DNA from: Thermoanaerobaculia bacterium
Lineage (GTDB): Bacteria; Acidobacteriota; Thermoanaerobaculia; UBA5066
Direction: 5' to 3'
DNA: 10,205 nt
NCBI GenBank assembly: GCA_038245905.1
Contig: JBBRRY010000057.1
Span: forward strand, 1 to 10,205
The notes beneath the pieces were generated by a model, which made no database searches, was not told the DNA's origin, and was given only the letters and a program-made list of their open reading frames with translations. The position numbers and the translations under genes are program-made. Below, piece after piece: positions 6,154 to 10,205 of this stretch; positions within the stretch are counted from its first letter, which is position 1, and every line of letters begins with the position of its first letter.

Positions 6154-8310
6154 CTACTTCGCCGGCTGGAAGTCCTTGTGCCCGGTTTGCCAGAGCGCGA
6201 ACGCGAACTGGCCGGCGAAATTCCTGAAAGTGACGATCTTCTCTTCCGTGAAGTGCCCGTTGTCGTAGTTGACCTTCAAGAGCACGGGCTTGCCCGAAAC
6301 GCTCGCGTTCTGCAGGGCGGCCGCGAGCTTCCCGGGCTGCCACGGGACCACCCGCGGATCGTTCCAGCCGGCCACGCAGAGAACGGCGGGGTACTTCACG
6401 CCCGGCTGGACGTGCTGGACCCCGTCCATCTCGTACAGGGCCTCGCACTCGACGGGATCCTTCACGGTGCCGAACTCGGGGGTGTTCACGGGACCGTTCG
6501 GGGAGAATTCCATGCGCATGGCGTTGGCACACCCGACGTTGCATATTGCGGCGCCAAAGAGGTCCGGGCGCGCGGTGACGGCCCGGCTGATCAGGATTCC
6601 GCCGGCACTCGTGCCGGTACCCGCGAGACGCGCGGGGCTCGTGTAGCCCTTTTTCACGAGGTATTCCGCACACGAGATGAAGTCCTTCCAGGTGTTCGGC
6701 TTGGTCGTCTTGTACCCGGCCTTGTACCAGGCCTCGCCCTTTTCGCTCCCGCCCCGTGGATGCGCGTAGGCCAGCACGACTCCCTTCAAGGCAATGGAGT
6801 GCCTCACGTCGAAGCCCGGGGTATAGCTGATCCCGTACGCGCCATAACCCTCCAGGATGCAGCTGCTCGTGCCGTCGAGGGGGATACCCTTCCTGTGGAT
6901 GATGGAAAGGGGGATCAGCGTGCCGTCGTGTCCCGGCACCTCCACCTCTTCCGCGACGAGGTTCTCGAAGCCGGGGTACGAAACGTCCGTGTTGAAGATG
7001 CTCTTCGCGAACGTGCCTTTGGCTCCGTCGAAATCGTAGAGCGTCGTCGGGCTGGTCCAGGTCGTGGCGAACACGATGCAACGATTGGTGCGCCAGCCCG
7101 GGCAGGTGATGTCCACCGTGCCGGAGGCGGGAAGCTTGACGTCGTCCGCCTTCCCCGTCACGAAGTCGTACTTGACGAGACGGCCGCGAATCCCGTCCGA
7201 GTAGACGAGGAAGAGGAAGTCCTTGCTCTGGACCATGTACTGGATCGAGTCCTTCGACTCCGGGATCACCGTTTCCGCGTGGGCCCAGTCAGGATTCGTC
7301 ACGCTCGTTCGGACGACCCTGTAGCGGGGCGCGTTCGTATGCGTAACCGCGTAAACGTGTTTCTTGTGGAACTCCAGACCGCGGACGAGGTTGTCAGAAG
7401 GCTTGCACAGGACCTTCCAACTGATCTTCGAGGACTTCAGCTCCGAGGCCGGGGCGTAAAAGATCCGCATCTCGTTCTGCACTGTCCCGGCCTGCCCGAG
7501 AATCACGTCGGGGTACTTCTCGTCGATGGAGGCCGAGGGGAACTCTTTGGGCGTGATCCCGAGGTCGGGGTTGCGCTCGTTGCTGAAGAAGTCGACGTCC
7601 GCGTCGAAGCTCGTCCCGACGGTGTGCAGCTTGGTCTTCCGGTTCAGCTCGATCTCGAGGCTCTTGATGTCCGTGACCTTCCCGGCGTCGTAGAAGAGGT
7701 GTTTGCTGTCCAGCGACCAGCCGTACGGGCCGTAGGACGGGTAGACGCTCTCGGGGAGGAGCGTTCCCCGGTCGACGTCCAGGATCCGGATCTCGGAGTA
7801 CTCGGCTCCTTTCGCCGAAAAGCCCAGGGCGACGTAACGTCCGTCGAAAGAAGGCAGCGCGCTCTCGATCGTCGTCGTCTCGCCCGGCTTGTAGGTCGCC
7901 GGGTCGAAGAGCAGCTTCTCCGCCCCGGTCCACCCCTGGCGGAAGTAGAGCTTGCCGACGTTCTCGCCTCCGAGCGTCTTCTTGTAGAACACCCGTCCGT
8001 TCTCGTAGGAAATGGTCGTGTACTTGGCGGGTTTCAGCTTGTCGAGCTCCATCCACTCTTTGGCAAGGGCTTCGGCAGCCGGGATCTTCGCGAGGAGGCC
8101 GTCCGTCAAATCCGCCTGCGCCTTGAACCAGGCCTCGACGTCCTTGTCCTTGAGGTCCTCCAGCCAGCGGTACGGATCCTTGTAGGTCTTTCCGAAGTAC
8201 GTGTCTTTGGCGTCGACGGTCTTCGACGGCGGGTACGACCACTGTGCAAGGCACGGAAGCGATACCGCGAGAGACAAGGAGACGAAGGCGAGGCGGGCGA
8301 ATCGCTTCAT
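6154..8310 (-). CDS. Prolyl oligopeptidase family serine peptidase (S9A), secreted/periplasmic
   Basis: 718 aa. Signal peptide MKRFARLAFVSLSLAVSLPCLA, DPYRWLED N-terminal motif, GYGAYG, PRGGSEKGEAWY, nucleophile GTSAGG, Asp in NDPRV, His in NGHF. SD GGGAGAG lies 6 nt before the ATG. Confidence 0.95.
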   Translation of the reverse strand: MKRFARLAFVSLSLAVSLPCLAQWSYPPSKTVDAKDTYFGKTYKDPYRWLEDLKDKDVEAWFKAQADLTDGLLAKIPAAEALAKEWMELDKLKPAKYTTISYENGRVFYKKTLGGENVGKLYFRQGWTGAEKLLFDPATYKPGETTTIESALPSFDGRYVALGFSAKGAEYSEIRILDVDRGTLLPESVYPSYGPYGWSLDSKHLFYDAGKVTDIKSLEIELNRKTKLHTVGTSFDADVDFFSNERNPDLGITPKEFPSASIDEKYPDVILGQAGTVQNEMRIFYAPASELKSSKISWKVLCKPSDNLVRGLEFHKKHVYAVTHTNAPRYRVVRTSVTNPDWAHAETVIPESKDSIQYMVQSKDFLFLVYSDGIRGRLVKYDFVTGKADDVKLPASGTVDITCPGWRTNRCIVFATTWTSPTTLYDFDGAKGTFAKSIFNTDVSYPGFENLVAEEVEVPGHDGTLIPLSIIHRKGIPLDGTSSCILEGYGAYGISYTPGFDVRHSIALKGVVLAYAHPRGGSEKGEAWYKAGYKTTKPNTWKDFISCAEYLVKKGYTSPARLAGTGTSAGGILISRAVTARPDLFGAAICNVGCANAMRMEFSPNGPVNTPEFGTVKDPVECEALYEMDGVQHVQPGVKYPAVLCVAGWNDPRVVPWQPGKLAAALQNASVSGKPVLLKVNYDNGHFTEEKIVTFRNFAGQFAFALWQTGHKDFQPAK

Positions 8311-8328
8311 GGATCACTCTCCCGCTAA

Positions 8329-8337
8329 AGCTTACCA
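8329..8337 (-). promoter_or_regulatory. Putative extended -10 promoter (TGgTAAGCT) for the prolyl oligopeptidase
   Basis: Minus strand reads TAG cgc TGGTAAGCT ttagc GGGAGAG tgatcc ATG, all within the 30-bp intergenic gap. Confidence 0.45.
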
Positions 8338-8340
8338 GCG

Positions 8341-9417
8341 CTACCGGTCGGTCTTCCGGATCTCCAGCGCCTTGAACCCAACGCCCGCGCCGCGCGGGTC
8401 GAGTAGGAACGCGAGAGCCGGCTCCCGTGCGGCGCGAGCCGCGAGGCCGCGCACGTGGCGCGCAAGGAACGCGGCCTGCGTCTCGAGCGGCGAGAGCTGG
8501 AATCCCGCCTCCCCCGCCCACGCCGCCACGTCCGTGAAATTCACGTCCGCGGTGACGTCGGCCTTCCCGCCCCAGCGGTAGAGGTCCGCCCCTTCGAGCC
8601 GCACGTGGTGCGCGTACCCACGCACCGTTCCGTTCGGGCGGCGGTCGTAGAGGCGGTCGATCGTGTCTCCGTAGTCGAGGAGAAGAAGGGAAGCGAGGAG
8701 AAGAGAAGATTTCTTTGAAAGGAAGAAAGAGCGGACGGCCGGAGCGATTTCCACCCGCTGGCCTTCGGGCCACGGACGCGAAAGCGCGCTGAACGCGCCG
8801 ACGGGTCCGAGCGCATCACTCGACGCGCTCCGCCACTCCTCCCGCCACTCATCCCCTTTCAAAGAAATCGAAAGAGCCTCCCACCCGTCGCCCGAACGCT
8901 TTAGGACTTGCACGGGGAATGCGTCGAGAAACTCCGAGGCGTATACGACCGCTTGCCCGCCGCACGCACTCAATGCCTCCGCTATCGAGCCATGCCAGAT
9001 CGCGCGGTGTCCGAGCCGCTCGCGCTGCTTCTCGCGAAGAACGGGCGAGGTCTCGACGAGGTGCAGGGTGACGGTCCGCCCCGCGAGAAGCGGCAGCGCG
9101 CGAAGGACCGTCTGCGCGAGCTCGCCCGTGCCCGGTCCGGCCTCGATCAGATTCCACGGCACGACGCCGCCGCCGAACAGCTCCTTGCGGCGCGCCGAGG
9201 CCCAGGCCGCGACCGCTTCGCCGAGAACCGGATGCAGCGTCGCGGCGGTCGAGAAGTCACCGCGCGATCCCACGCTCCGGACGTTCCGCGCGTAGTACCC
9301 GAGCTCCGGGTCGTAGAGCGCAACGCGCATCCAGTCCTCGAACCGGGCCGCCTGCTCGCCGCCCGCCGCTTTTTCGATGATCCGCGCGGCGCCCGCCCTG
9401 TGATCCCGGCTCTCCAC
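8341..9417 (-). CDS. SAM-dependent methyltransferase, MidA/NDUFAF7 family (COG1565-like)
   Basis: RFEDWMRVALYDPELGYY, GDFST, IEAGPGTGELA (motif I), LVETSPVLREKQ, EFLDAFP, LLDYG, DVTADVNF, TQAAFL. The tracked ORF 8341-10149 is over-extended through the antisense of the response regulator. In-frame GTG at 9417 is the likely start (358 aa), but the start is uncertain. Confidence 0.88.
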   Translation of the reverse strand: MESRDHRAGAARIIEKAAGGEQAARFEDWMRVALYDPELGYYARNVRSVGSRGDFSTAATLHPVLGEAVAAWASARRKELFGGGVVPWNLIEAGPGTGELAQTVLRALPLLAGRTVTLHLVETSPVLREKQRERLGHRAIWHGSIAEALSACGGQAVVYASEFLDAFPVQVLKRSGDGWEALSISLKGDEWREEWRSASSDALGPVGAFSALSRPWPEGQRVEIAPAVRSFFLSKKSSLLLASLLLLDYGDTIDRLYDRRPNGTVRGYAHHVRLEGADLYRWGGKADVTADVNFTDVAAWAGEAGFQLSPLETQAAFLARHVRGLAARAAREPALAFLLDPRGAGVGFKALEIRKTDR

Positions 9418-9471
9418 GGCGCCATCATCCGCTTGACACCGCCATATCGTCGGGAGAACCATTCTCGAAGC
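9418..9471. promoter_or_regulatory. 54-bp divergent promoter region
   Basis: Plus strand: CATTCT (9460-9465) 6 nt before ATG 9472, and a perfect TTGACA at 9433-9438. Minus strand: GATGAT (9429-9424) 6 nt before GTG 9417. Confidence 0.45.
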
Positions 9472-10205
9472 ATGAGCGGCATATTCCCGATCGGCATCCT
9501 GGAGGAGTCTCCGGGGTCCATCCTGATCGTCGACGACGACAGTCAGGTGCGCGGGCTGCTCGTCGGCCTTCTCAAGCCGCGGGGCTACGAGACGAGGACG
9601 GCCGTCTCGGCGGAAGAGGCCCTGCAGCAGATGAAGACCTTCAGGCCGGACGTCCTCCTTCTCGACCTGCACCTTCCCGGAAAGAGCGGGCAGGACGTGC
9701 TCGCCGAGCTCCGCGCCCACACGGTCACCCGCCTTCTTCCCGTCATCATGATCACCGGCGGCGCCACGGACGAGGAAAGGCTCAGGGCCATGGCCGGAGG
9801 GGTCACGGACTTCGTGGCGAAACCGTTCGCTTCCAAAGAACTTCTCGCGCGCATCCGCTCCCTCGTCCAGTTGAAACGCTTCACCGACGCGCTCGAGCAC
9901 GCCGAGCACGTCATCGTCGCGCTCGCGCACGCGATCGACGCCCGCGATCCCTATACGGCCCAGCACAGCGAGCGCGTTTCGGTGTACGCCGGGCGCCTCG
10001 GCGCCAAGATCGGGCTCGCGGGCTTCGAGCTCGAGGCCGTGAAGCGCGGCGGCCTCTTCCACGACATCGGCAAGATCGCGATCCGCGACGCCGTGCTCCT
10101 CAAACCCTCCCGTCTCACTCCGGAAGAGATGGCCGAAGTTCGAAAGCACCCGGTCGTGGGGCGCGAGCTTCTCTCGGGAATGAAGACGCTCTCCTTCGCG
10201 CTCGA
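9472..10205 (+). CDS. Response regulator with REC + HD-GYP domain (RpfG-like c-di-GMP phosphodiesterase), 3'-truncated
   Basis: Manual translation: MSGIFPIGILEESPGSILIVDDDSQVR...PDVLLLDLHLPGKSG...PVIMITG...DFVAKPF (complete REC motifs), then AIDARDPYTAQHSERV...LFHDIGKIAIRDAVLLKPSRLTPEEMAEVRKHPVVG (HD-GYP N-terminal half). No stop before the edge; the GYP loop lies outside the window. Confidence 0.93.
   Translation, partial: MSGIFPIGILEESPGSILIVDDDSQVRGLLVGLLKPRGYETRTAVSAEEALQQMKTFRPDVLLLDLHLPGKSGQDVLAELRAHTVTRLLPVIMITGGATDEERLRAMAGGVTDFVAKPFASKELLARIRSLVQLKRFTDALEHAEHVIVALAHAIDARDPYTAQHSERVSVYAGRLGAKIGLAGFELEAVKRGGLFHDIGKIAIRDAVLLKPSRLTPEEMAEVRKHPVVGRELLSGMKTLSFAL

Noticed and set aside
1383-8310. 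RiPP cluster hypothesis (halogenase + S9 peptidase + methyltransferase)
   Set aside because: No precursor peptide is visible, the genes are on opposite strands with separate putative promoters, and the peptidase has a signal peptide and looks like a general secreted enzyme.
6082-8328. 748-aa plus-strand ORF opposite the prolyl oligopeptidase
   Set aside because: Antisense shadow in codon register with the real gene, expected from high-GC codon bias; no recognisable motifs.
9418-10149. N-terminal ~244-aa extension of the methyltransferase ORF
   Set aside because: Mostly the antisense of a clear REC-HD-GYP gene; family similarity begins only near RFEDWM.

Overview
GC-rich bacterial window with seven protein-coding genes and no RNA genes, CRISPR arrays or mobile elements that I can support. 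On the + strand: the 3' part of an FG-GAP/ASPIC-UnbV (CRTAC1-like) beta-propeller gene (<1-1375), a flavin-dependent halogenase-family gene 7 bp downstream (1383-3011), and a secreted CSLREA-domain beta-helix protein with an IPTL-CTERM-like sorting tail (3157-5127). On the - strand: a MidA/NDUFAF7-type SAM methyltransferase (9417-8341), a secreted S9A prolyl oligopeptidase (8310-6154) and a secreted MBL-fold hydrolase (6037-5135). A divergent REC + HD-GYP response regulator (9472->10205) is missing from the ORF track because it runs off the edge. The most striking pattern not explained by the gene calls: four of the six visible gene starts lack a well-placed Shine-Dalgarno and have a -10-like hexamer exactly 6 nt before the start codon, suggesting leaderless mRNAs, while the other two have an extended -10 plus an SD. 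The halogenase / beta-propeller pairing is the best candidate for an undescribed biosynthetic module, but that is speculative. An Acidobacteriota-like source is a guess from gene content only.
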